DNA from: a candidate division NPL-UPA2 bacterium Unc8
GTDB taxonomy: Bacteria > NPL-UPA2
Assembly (NCBI GenBank): GCA_003574845.1
Contig: NDHY01000006.1
Span: 1-58,174 of the forward strand
Direction: 5' to 3'
DNA: 58,174 nt
Made by a program: the position numbers and the translations under genes. Below are positions 10,888-19,417 of the stretch, in pieces; position 1 is the stretch's first letter, and every line of letters starts with the position of its first letter. The notes beneath the pieces were generated by a model. The model saw nothing but the letters and a program-made list of their open reading frames with translations. It did not search any database and was not told the origin of the DNA.

Positions 10888-11307
10888 ATGGCTTATAAGT
10901 TTCCCAGTGAGGAATGGATAGCAGAATTTGGAAAGGCAATAAATGCCAATGAGGAGTATAAGAGAACCGCTGCTACATGGGAAGGGCCTGTTGCTCTGAT
11001 ATTTAACGCTGAACCAGCTATTGGACTGGATGAAGATTTTTGTGTATGGGCAGACCTCTGGCATGGAGAGTGCAGAGAAATAAAGAAGGTTACACTTGAA
11101 GAAGCACAAAAAGCCCCTTATGTCATAAGGGGAAGCTATGCCAACTGGAAACAGGTGGTGCAGGGAAGACTGGGTCCGGTAAAAGGCATGATGCAGGGCA
11201 AGCTCAAGTTGAAAGGGAATTTGCCTACCATCATGAAGTATGTCAAGGCTTCTGATGAGCTGGTGAAATGCGCTGCGAAAGTACCCAGCGAGTTCCTTGA
11301 TGAATAA
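10888..11307 (+). CDS. SCP2 sterol/lipid-binding domain protein (copy 1)
   Basis: FPSEEW N-terminus, DLWHGEC and GMMQGKLKLKGNL SCP2-type C-terminus. Confidence 0.8.
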   Translation: MAYKFPSEEWIAEFGKAINANEEYKRTAATWEGPVALIFNAEPAIGLDEDFCVWADLWHGECREIKKVTLEEAQKAPYVIRGSYANWKQVVQGRLGPVKGMMQGKLKLKGNLPTIMKYVKASDELVKCAAKVPSEFLDE

Positions 11308-11324
11308 AAAGGAGGTGGTGATTT

Positions 11325-12485
11325 ATGGGTTATGATAGGAGCCTGTCTTTTATTTTTCGTTGTCCCACCAAGATAGTCTTTGGCGAAGGAGTGGCTGGAG
11401 ATGTAGGCAATGAAGTAGATGAATTAGGTGGTAAGCGAGCGATGATTATCACCGATAAGCACTTGGTGGAAACTGACCTGTACCGTCAGGTGGAAAAGGC
11501 GCTGGGCAGGCGATATGTTGGCACATTCAGTGCTGTGGAACCCGATACCGGCGTCCATATTGTCAATGAAGGTACCGATACTGCCAGAAAACTTAACGTT
11601 GACTGCCTGGTGAGTATAGGAGGAGGTAGTGTCATAGATACTGCCAAGGGTATTGCTATCCCACTCAAAGAGGGCGGCAGGTTGGAAGATTATGACGGAT
11701 TTCAATTGCTAACCGAGCCGGCAGTTCCTCACATAGCAATACCTACCACCGCCGGGACGGGCAGCGAGGTAACATTCGCTGCCATCATTAAGGACCACCA
11801 GGAGAAGCGAAAGCTCGTATTTGCCAATACCTATATTATCCCCAATGTGGCGCTACTTGACCCATTGATGACGGTGGGAATGCCACCTCATCTAACGGCA
11901 TCTACCGCTATGGATGCTATGAGTCATGCTGTTGAGTCAATGCACACCTCGGAAAGAATCCCTATTAGCGATGCTTTTGCACTCCATGCCATTCATCTGA
12001 TTGTTAATTACTTACCCGGGGTGATGGAGGATGGCAATGACCTCCTTGCCAGGGGGCAGATGCTCATCGCTGCCTGTATAGCAGGAGCTGCTATGAGTAA
12101 TACTCATGTGGGATTGGTGCACGCCCTGGCACATTCGGTAGGAGGGCGGTTTGGAGTGCCGCATGGCATAGCTAACAGTATTCTTCTGCCCCACGGTATT
12201 TTGTATAACCTTGACGCCTGCCCTGAAATATACGCCGCAATTGCCCGGGCATTAGGTGTGGATATTAGGGGAATGAGCGACGAGGATGCCGGCAAAAAGG
12301 CTGCAGATGCTATCTGGGAGCTGACTAAAAAGGCAGGATTGCCCCAGAAATTGAGTGAAGTAGGTGTTCCCGAGAATGGGTTGGAAGAGATAGCTGACCT
12401 GGCTATCTCCGATGGCGCCATAGTATATAACCCAAAACCTATGGACCCGGAGGAGAATCTAAAAGTGCTTAAACAGGCCTGGTAA
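11325..12485 (+). CDS. Iron-containing alcohol dehydrogenase
   Basis: GGGSVIDTAK, PTTAGTGSE, DAMSHAVE, HALAH and HGIAN motifs. Confidence 0.9.
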   Translation: MGYDRSLSFIFRCPTKIVFGEGVAGDVGNEVDELGGKRAMIITDKHLVETDLYRQVEKALGRRYVGTFSAVEPDTGVHIVNEGTDTARKLNVDCLVSIGGGSVIDTAKGIAIPLKEGGRLEDYDGFQLLTEPAVPHIAIPTTAGTGSEVTFAAIIKDHQEKRKLVFANTYIIPNVALLDPLMTVGMPPHLTASTAMDAMSHAVESMHTSERIPISDAFALHAIHLIVNYLPGVMEDGNDLLARGQMLIAACIAGAAMSNTHVGLVHALAHSVGGRFGVPHGIANSILLPHGILYNLDACPEIYAAIARALGVDIRGMSDEDAGKKAADAIWELTKKAGLPQKLSEVGVPENGLEEIADLAISDGAIVYNPKPMDPEENLKVLKQAW

Positions 12486-12523
12486 TGAGGCAGGTAGATA
12501 GGTTGTTAGAGGAGGGGAATATT

Positions 12524-14377
12524 ATGGGTGGATATACGAATTGTATCCTGGAAGTTAATTTAAAGACGGGCGCGATTACACACTCTCAACTGGATAATGA
12601 GACCAAGCGCAGTCTCTTGGGTGGCAGCGCAGTAGCTGCCAAACTTTTCCTGGAGCGCCTTGACCCAGGCGTGGAGCCACTCAGTCCGGCCAATACTCTC
12701 TTTATTATGACAGGGCCACTGACCGGCACCACTTTTCCAGGCGTATCCCGATTTGCGGTATGCGCCAAATCTCCTCTTACCGGCATATGGGGTGAAAGCA
12801 CCTGTGGCGGTTACTTTGGGGCACAATTAAAATTTGCTGGATATGACGGGATAATCTTTACCGATGTTGCCCCTAAACCCGTATATCTATTTATAGATGA
12901 TGATAAGGTTGAGCTTCGTGATGCCTTTCACTTGTGGGGCAAAGGAATCTATGCGGTAACCGATGAATTACAGAAAAGTGAAGCAGGAGGCAAAAAGTTT
13001 GAGGTGCTCTCTATCGGACAGGCAGGAGAGCATTTAGTTAAATATGCCGCTGTTAGTAATAATGGCGTTCACTTTGCCGGTAGAGTTGGCATGGGGGCAG
13101 TGATGGGCTTTAAAAAGCTTAAGGCTATCATTACGCGCGGCTCAGGTAAAGTAGAGTATTCAATTCCGGAAAAAGCGAGAGAATTACGGAAAGAGTTAAT
13201 CAAGAAAACCAAAGAACATATGACAGCCCAATCATTAAAAGAACTTGGTACCGATGCCACAATGTCTATGGGCATGATGACCGGCGATATACCAATCAAG
13301 AACTGGGAGATAGGCGAGGACCTTGAATTTTCTGAGACGTTGGGTGGTCATATCTTAACTGAAAAGTATCTTACCAGGTCTTTTGCTTGTTATTCCTGTC
13401 CGATAGCCTGTAAAAGGGTGGTAAAAATAAAAGAAGGACCTTATCAGACAGAAGAAATCCCGGGCCCTGAATATGAGACCTGTGCTGCCTTCGGCACTAT
13501 GCTGCTCAACAAAGATTTAGCTGCAATAATCAGGGCTAACTATCTATGTAATGATTATGGAATGGATACCATATCCTGTGGAGCCACAATAGCATTTGCG
13601 ATGGAGTGTTATGAAAAAGGGCTGTTATCCGCGCAGGATACCGGAGGATTAGAATTAGCCTGGGGTAATGTAAAAGCGGTCATTGAACTTCTCCCTAAAA
13701 TTGCACTTCGGGAGGAAATAGGCGGATTGCTGGCAGAAGGCTCCCGCGAGGCGGCGAGGCGGATTGGAAGAGGTGCTGATAAGCTGACAGTAGAAGTAAA
13801 GGGTTTGGAAGTGCCCATGCATGACCCAAGAGGATTTCATGGAATGGGGTTGGGCTATGCCATCAGTAACCGGGGAGCTTGTCATCTACAACATATGGAC
13901 CTCTACATAGAGCAGGGGATGACCACTTATACAGAGGCAGGGTTTGAGAAGGACTATCTTGCCCAGACCAGTGAAGGCAAGGCAAAGATGCATTATCTCT
14001 CGGAAAATCTGGGTGTATTGGCTTCTGCAGCTCCTATCTGTATCTTTGCTCTGGGATGTATTACGGCAGATGATTTTACCGGCATGTTGCGGATAACTAC
14101 AGGATTTGACTATACTTTAAATGAATTGCTTGAGTGCGGAGAACGGATATGGTTGCTGAAGAGGAAGCTAAATAATTTGATGGGTATAACCAGAGAAGAT
14201 GATTACTTGCCATTAAAAATACTCTCCCCGGTTAAGGAAGGGGCAGCGGTTAACTCTGTCCCGGATATAGAGAAGATGCTGTCGGAGTATTATGAATTGC
14301 GGGGATTAGACAGTCATGGCGTTCCTAAAAGAGAAACATTAGAAAAAGCAGGGTTGGGTTCTTATAGAGGAGGATAA
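12524..14377 (+). CDS. aor: Aldehyde:ferredoxin oxidoreductase (tungstopterin AOR family)
   Basis: KSPLTG, GAVMG(F)KKLKA, CYSCPIAC, GPEYET, DTISCG, HDPRG and RGACHL motifs; GGAGG RBS before ATG 12524. Confidence 0.9.
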   Translation: MGGYTNCILEVNLKTGAITHSQLDNETKRSLLGGSAVAAKLFLERLDPGVEPLSPANTLFIMTGPLTGTTFPGVSRFAVCAKSPLTGIWGESTCGGYFGAQLKFAGYDGIIFTDVAPKPVYLFIDDDKVELRDAFHLWGKGIYAVTDELQKSEAGGKKFEVLSIGQAGEHLVKYAAVSNNGVHFAGRVGMGAVMGFKKLKAIITRGSGKVEYSIPEKARELRKELIKKTKEHMTAQSLKELGTDATMSMGMMTGDIPIKNWEIGEDLEFSETLGGHILTEKYLTRSFACYSCPIACKRVVKIKEGPYQTEEIPGPEYETCAAFGTMLLNKDLAAIIRANYLCNDYGMDTISCGATIAFAMECYEKGLLSAQDTGGLELAWGNVKAVIELLPKIALREEIGGLLAEGSREAARRIGRGADKLTVEVKGLEVPMHDPRGFHGMGLGYAISNRGACHLQHMDLYIEQGMTTYTEAGFEKDYLAQTSEGKAKMHYLSENLGVLASAAPICIFALGCITADDFTGMLRITTGFDYTLNELLECGERIWLLKRKLNNLMGITREDDYLPLKILSPVKEGAAVNSVPDIEKMLSEYYELRGLDSHGVPKRETLEKAGLGSYRGG

Positions 14378-14380
14378 AGA

Positions 14381-15616
14381 ATGAGAGAATGTGTAGTAGT
14401 GGAAGGGGTAAGAACCCCAACCGGTAAGTCAGGCTGGAAAGGAATGGCGAAGGGAGGACAGTTTGCAAATATATCTGCCCAGGATTTATTAGCATCTGCA
14501 GTAGAGGGATTAGTGGAGAAAGTAAAACAAAAGTGTGAGAAGTTCAAAGAAGAAGAAATTGAAGATGTTGCTGTAGCCTGCCTGTCACAAATCGGAGAGC
14601 AGGGAGGAAACTTAGGAAGAATTGTTGCACTTGCCGCCGGACTTGGCAAGAGTGTGCCCGGTTGGACAATTGACAGACAGGCTCCCGGCGGGTTGCAAGC
14701 AATAAATGCCCAGGCACAGGCAATAATTTCCGGTTGTGGCGATATAATGATAGCCGCCGGAGTAGAGCATATGTCACATTATCCCATGGGATCTACCGTT
14801 CCCGGGGTGGAAGGTGCGATTTTTCCGATGATTGTTTCTGAGCGAAGTCAGAGGAGCTCGGCAATGTCCATGCCTATGGGTCATGCGGCAGAGATGGTTG
14901 CAGAGAAGTATAACTTAAAAAGAGAGGAGCTGGATAAATTTGGATTGCGCTCACATCAGAAAGCAGTAAAGACAATGAGAGACCTAAAAAGTTATAAAAA
15001 GAGAGTGGTGCCTGTTACCGTACTGAAGGGAGATAAGAAAGAGATAATTGGCGAAGTTGATGAAACACCCCGGCCAAGTGCCCTGGATAATCCGGAAGAA
15101 GCATACGAAAAGATGAAGACACTAAAACCAAGTTTTAATGTTGAAGGAATGGTAACCGCAGGAAATTCCTCGGGAATTGCCGATGGTGCGGCTGCGGTTA
15201 TGCTTATGTCAGGGGAGAAGGCAAAAGAGTTAGGCATTAAGCCACTTGCAAGAATTGTATCTATGGCAGTTGCCGCAAGTGACCCTCACATAATGCTTCT
15301 GGGGCCTATCCCGGCAATGAATAAGGCATTTAATAGAGCAGGACTCCAGATGAAAGATATAGATGTTTTTGAGCCAAATGAAGCATTTGCCTCACCGGTT
15401 CTTGCTTTTTGTAAAGAATATGGAATTGCCTTTGATGATGAAAGGATAAATCCAACCGGCGGTGCCATTGCACTTGGTCATCCAATTGGTGCAAGTGGAG
15501 TGATTTACTTTCTTGAAATGGTTCACTATTTGGCAGAAAACAACTTAAAATATGGAATACAGACATTATCTGGCGGCAGCGGAGTAGGAATTGCGACTAT
15601 AGTAAGTAGAGAGTAG
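14381..15616 (+). CDS. Thiolase-family protein lacking both catalytic cysteines
   Basis: Full thiolase fold (RTP, GVEHMS, TAGNSSGIADGA, NEAFA, GHPIGASG), but DRQAPGG replaces NRxCxSG and LSGGSG replaces MCIGGG. Confidence 0.85.
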   Translation: MRECVVVEGVRTPTGKSGWKGMAKGGQFANISAQDLLASAVEGLVEKVKQKCEKFKEEEIEDVAVACLSQIGEQGGNLGRIVALAAGLGKSVPGWTIDRQAPGGLQAINAQAQAIISGCGDIMIAAGVEHMSHYPMGSTVPGVEGAIFPMIVSERSQRSSAMSMPMGHAAEMVAEKYNLKREELDKFGLRSHQKAVKTMRDLKSYKKRVVPVTVLKGDKKEIIGEVDETPRPSALDNPEEAYEKMKTLKPSFNVEGMVTAGNSSGIADGAAAVMLMSGEKAKELGIKPLARIVSMAVAASDPHIMLLGPIPAMNKAFNRAGLQMKDIDVFEPNEAFASPVLAFCKEYGIAFDDERINPTGGAIALGHPIGASGVIYFLEMVHYLAENNLKYGIQTLSGGSGVGIATIVSRE

Positions 15617-15623
15617 AAGAGGG

Positions 15624-15820
15624 AGGCACAGAGGCACAAAGCGCGAAACCCTAAATACGAAACTCGAAACTCGAAACAAACTCAAAACTCAAATGACCGA
15701 AATTCAAGTTTCCGAAGGCTGAAGGCTGATAGTTGATAGTTGATAGCTGATAGCTATTTAGCAGTGATTGGTGATTGGTGATTGGTAAATTGTGACTGCC
15801 AACTGCTGACTGCAGACTGT
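15624..15820. repeat. Composite short tandem repeat array
   Basis: AGGCACAG/AGGCACAA x2, CGAAACT-type, GAAGGCT x2, TGATAGY x4, GTGATTG x3 and ACTGC-NN units in succession. Confidence 0.85.
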
Positions 15821-15857
15821 TTAGAGTTTACTCAAGTAATAGTCGGGAGGTAAGACA

Positions 15858-16793
15858 ATGGGAAAGTTATTAGAAGGGAAAGTAGCAATTGTTACCGGGG
15901 CAGGAAGAGGACTTGGAAGATGGGAGGCATTGCTTTTAGCAAGAGAAGGGGCTAAGGTAGTGGTCAATGACCTTGGTGGAGGCTTTGATGGCAGTGGTAA
16001 GGCTACTGGCCCTGCTGATGAGGTAATAGCGGAAATCAATGGCGCTGGTGGAGAGGCTATAGCTAATTATGAAAGTGTGGCTGATTTCCAGGGAGCCAAG
16101 AGAATTATTGACTGCGCTATAGAAAAATTTGGCAAGCTAAATATTCTGGTTAATAATGCCGGCATCTTGCGAGACAGGATGATGTTTAACATGTCGGAAG
16201 AGGAATGGGATGCGGTAATAGGTGTCCATCTCAAAGGTACTTTTAATTGCTCCAGGCATGCCTGTGCCTACTGGAGAGAAGAACACAAGGCGGGAAGAAA
16301 CCATGAGGGGAAGGTTATAAACACTGCTTCTGATGCTGGTCTTTTGGGAAATCCCGGTCAAGGTAATTATGGAGCCGCTAAGGCAGGGATTGCTGCTTTA
16401 AGCATTATTCTGGCTAAGGAAATGGAGAGATATGGTGTGACCTGTAATTGCGTTGTTCCCGTGGCGAGGACAAGACTAACCACGGATGCTACTCCTTCAA
16501 TGGCGGCAATGATGGGAACTGCGAAGCCAGGGGAATTTGATATTTTTGACCCTGAGCATCTGTCTCCACTTGTAGTTTACTTAGCCTCTGATAATGCCAA
16601 AGAAATAAGCGGGGAGACATTCAGGGTTATGGGAAATAAGGTTTGGTTTCTCCGAGGGTGGTATAATGTAGATGTGGCTACCAAAAAAGAGAAAGCAAGG
16701 TGGAACCCTGAGGAACTTGACTCGGTAATTAAGGAGATGGTGAAGAAGGCTCCTCCTAAAAAGGATTTAGCTCAAGTGCTATTGGAAGCATAA
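15858..16793 (+). CDS. SDR family oxidoreductase ((R)-3-hydroxyacyl-CoA dehydrogenase, MFE-2-like)
   Basis: TGAGRGLG, VVVNDLG, NNAGILRD and YGAAKAG motifs. Confidence 0.9.
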   Translation: MGKLLEGKVAIVTGAGRGLGRWEALLLAREGAKVVVNDLGGGFDGSGKATGPADEVIAEINGAGGEAIANYESVADFQGAKRIIDCAIEKFGKLNILVNNAGILRDRMMFNMSEEEWDAVIGVHLKGTFNCSRHACAYWREEHKAGRNHEGKVINTASDAGLLGNPGQGNYGAAKAGIAALSIILAKEMERYGVTCNCVVPVARTRLTTDATPSMAAMMGTAKPGEFDIFDPEHLSPLVVYLASDNAKEISGETFRVMGNKVWFLRGWYNVDVATKKEKARWNPEELDSVIKEMVKKAPPKKDLAQVLLEA

Positions 16794-16811
16794 AATAAAG
16801 GCACAAAGACT

Positions 16812-16888
16812 ATTCACGGGGATCGGGGATCGGGGATCGGGAAATTCTAACCCCTGAACTGTGAACCGTGAACTGTGAACTGTGAATC
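16812..16888. repeat. Heptamer arrays (CGGGGAT)3 and (TGAACYG)~4
   Basis: Seen directly; the outer ends ATTCAC and GTGAAT are complementary. Confidence 0.85.
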
Positions 16889-16916
16889 CTTAATAGCTTG
16901 TGAGAGAGAGGGAAAA

Positions 16917-17336
16917 ATGGCTTATAAGTTTCCCAGTGAGGAATGGATAGCAGAATTTGGAAAGGCAATAAATGCCAATGAGGAGTATAAGAGAACCGCT
17001 GCTACATGGGAAGGGGATGTCGTGTTGATATTCAAGGCTGAACCAGCTATTGGACTGGATGAAGATTTTTGTGTATGGGCAGACCTCTGGCATGGAGAGT
17101 GCAGAGAAATAAAGAAGGTTACACTTGAAGAAGCACAAAAAGCCCCTTTTGTCATAATGGGAAGTTATGCCAACATAAAACAGGTGTTCCAGGGGAAATT
17201 GGGTCCAGCGAAAGCTACAACACAGGGCAAAATTAAGGTTAAAGGGAATTTGCCTACCCTCGTGAGACATCTCAAGGCTATTGAGGCAATGATAAAGTGT
17301 GCCGCAAGTATACCCACTAAGTTTCTTGATGAATAA
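16917..17336 (+). CDS. SCP2 sterol/lipid-binding domain protein (copy 2)
   Basis: Paralog of 10888-11307 with the same length and two DNA-identical blocks; true start is ATG 16917. Confidence 0.8.
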   Translation: MAYKFPSEEWIAEFGKAINANEEYKRTAATWEGDVVLIFKAEPAIGLDEDFCVWADLWHGECREIKKVTLEEAQKAPFVIMGSYANIKQVFQGKLGPAKATTQGKIKVKGNLPTLVRHLKAIEAMIKCAASIPTKFLDE

Positions 17337-17371
17337 TAGAAAACAGTGTCAGTCCTCAACATTCAACAAGA

Positions 17372-18805
17372 ATGAAAGTAAGAGTAAGATTTGCTCCAAG
17401 TCCAACTGGCTTTCTCCATATCGGAGGAGCAAGAACTGCGCTTTTCAATTGGCTTTTTGCCCGCAATAAAGGCGGCGCGCTCATTCTGCGAGTTGAAGAT
17501 ACCGATGTCGCTCGTGCAGCAAGCGGAGCGGTTGAGAAGATACTTGAAGACCTCAAGTGGCTTGGGATTACCTGGGATGAGGGTGCTTATTTTCAAACAG
17601 AAAGGCTTTCTCTCTATCGTCACTATGCGGAATTACTGCTTAAAAATGGCAAGGCTTACTTTTGCTATTGTTCGCCAGAAGAACTTGATGTAAGAAGAAA
17701 AGAGGCGCTGACAAAGGGAAATCCACCCGGTTATGATGGGCGGTGTCATCAGCTTTCGACCGGAGAAGCAGAAAAATTAAAAAAAGCACGAGGAAAAAGA
17801 GTAATCCGCTTCAAAATTCCTCATACCGGAGCAACGGAGTTCACAGACCTCGTAAGAGGAAAGATTAGATTCAATCACAGTGTACTTGAGGACTTCGTAA
17901 TTATGAAGTCGGATGGAATTCCTACTTTTATTTTTGCCAATGTTGTTGATGATGAGAATATGGAAATAACCCATGTCATCAGAGGCGATGAACATCTCTC
18001 CAACACCCCGCGTCAGTTGTTGCTATACCAGGCTCTGGGGTGGCAGCCGCCATTTTTTGCTCATCTGTCAATGATCCTTGGAACTGATGGGAAAAAACTG
18101 AGCAAGCGGACCGGAGCAGTATCGCTTTCCTGGTATCGCAAGGAAGGCTATCTGCCAGAAGCGCTCGTTAACTATCTTGTCCTACTTGGCTGGGCTCCTG
18201 AAGGTAATCAGGAGCTTTTCTCATCAACAAAAGAGATTATTAAAAAGTTTTCTCTTAAGCGGATAAGCTGCAATCCAGCAATATATGATACAAAAAAACT
18301 TGACTGGATAAACGGAAATTATATAAAAAGAAGTAATTGTAAAAAAATTACTATGCTCATCAAACCATACCTTGAGGCAGCGAATCTCTTGCAGGGTGAT
18401 GAAGATGAGGGATGGCTGGAGCAAGTCATTGAACTGGAAAAAGGAAGAATAAAACGGCTTTCCCAGATAGTTGAATATGGAGACTTTTTCTTTCTTCCTG
18501 AGATTAGCTATGAAAAGGATATCGCTAATAGTGTCCTCCTCCGGAAGGAGACAAAAGAACTCCTTGGTGCCTATCGCGCCGCGCTGAGCGAATTAGAGGA
18601 TTTCACTAAGGAAGAGGCAGAAAAAAGAGCAAGGAAGGTAATTAAAGATGCAGGGGTAAAAGGCGGCGATTTAATTCATCCGGTACGGTTTGCCCTCACT
18701 GGGCGTACAGTTGGGCCGGGATTATTTGAAATAATTGCACTTCTTGGAAAGAAAAAGACACTCCATCGCCTTGATAACGCAATTAAAATAGCTAAAGGTT
18801 GTTAG
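17372..18805 (+). CDS. gltX: Glutamate--tRNA ligase
   Basis: RFAPSPTGFLHIGG (HIGH), RVEDTD, HVIRGDEH, KLSKR (KMSKS) and a C-terminal anticodon-binding domain. Confidence 0.97.
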   Translation: MKVRVRFAPSPTGFLHIGGARTALFNWLFARNKGGALILRVEDTDVARAASGAVEKILEDLKWLGITWDEGAYFQTERLSLYRHYAELLLKNGKAYFCYCSPEELDVRRKEALTKGNPPGYDGRCHQLSTGEAEKLKKARGKRVIRFKIPHTGATEFTDLVRGKIRFNHSVLEDFVIMKSDGIPTFIFANVVDDENMEITHVIRGDEHLSNTPRQLLLYQALGWQPPFFAHLSMILGTDGKKLSKRTGAVSLSWYRKEGYLPEALVNYLVLLGWAPEGNQELFSSTKEIIKKFSLKRISCNPAIYDTKKLDWINGNYIKRSNCKKITMLIKPYLEAANLLQGDEDEGWLEQVIELEKGRIKRLSQIVEYGDFFFLPEISYEKDIANSVLLRKETKELLGAYRAALSELEDFTKEEAEKRARKVIKDAGVKGGDLIHPVRFALTGRTVGPGLFEIIALLGKKKTLHRLDNAIKIAKGC

Positions 18806-18878
18806 CAGTAACATTCTTAACTAAATGGTTAAAATTTGATATTTTGCTCAAATTAGTCTCCCGAGAGAAATGGCTAAT

Positions 18879-18915
18879 AGCCTAACAGTCTTCAGCCTAA
18901 TAGGCTTTGTTTTTT
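18879..18915 (+). terminator. Possible intrinsic terminator built from a dispersed 20-mer repeat
   Basis: AGCCT-AAT-AGGCT followed by TTGTTTTTT; overlaps the 20-mer AGCCTAACAGTCTTCAGCCT, also found (inverted) at 43078 and 56888. Confidence 0.4.
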
Positions 18916-18934
18916 AAGAAAAGGATATTTCAAA

Positions 18935-19417
18935 ATGAGAGAAGCCATAAAGCAGTTCACAAAAAGCCGTGAGAATCTGATACCTATCTTGCAGGAGATT
19001 CAGAAAGCGGAGAAGTATCTGCCGCCGGAAGCCATCTATGAGGTTAGTCGTTTCCTAAATTTATCTGAAAACGAAATATACAGCATTGCCACTTTTTATG
19101 CTCAGTTCCGTTTCGCCAGGCCGGGAGAGCATATAATTAAAATTTGCCTGGGGACAGCGTGTCATGTACGCGGAGGAATCAATATCTTAGAGTCCATAGA
19201 GCGGAAACTAAATGTTCAAGCCGGAGGGACTACTAAGGATGGTAAATTCAGCCTGGAAAGAGTTGCCTGTGTTGGCTGTTGCGCCCTGGCGCCGGTAGTG
19301 ATAGTTGATGAAGATGTGCATAGTAAGATGACGATGAAAAAGGTGGAGACCTTTCTTGGTCCACTTCTAACAGGGAGCAAAAAAAAAGTGAAGATGAAGA
19401 AAATCAATGACTTTTGA
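18935..19417 (+). CDS. nuoE: NuoE/HydC-like [2Fe-2S] subunit of a bifurcating complex
   Basis: CLGTACHVRG and ACVGCCALAP thioredoxin-like 2Fe-2S motifs. Confidence 0.9.
   Translation: MREAIKQFTKSRENLIPILQEIQKAEKYLPPEAIYEVSRFLNLSENEIYSIATFYAQFRFARPGEHIIKICLGTACHVRGGINILESIERKLNVQAGGTTKDGKFSLERVACVGCCALAPVVIVDEDVHSKMTMKKVETFLGPLLTGSKKKVKMKKINDF

Noticed and set aside
16875-16916. Upstream extensions of ORFs starting in repeats (16875, 37453/37460, 39016)
   Set aside because: The GTG/TTG starts come from heptamer units; paralog alignment and downstream ATGs give better starts.
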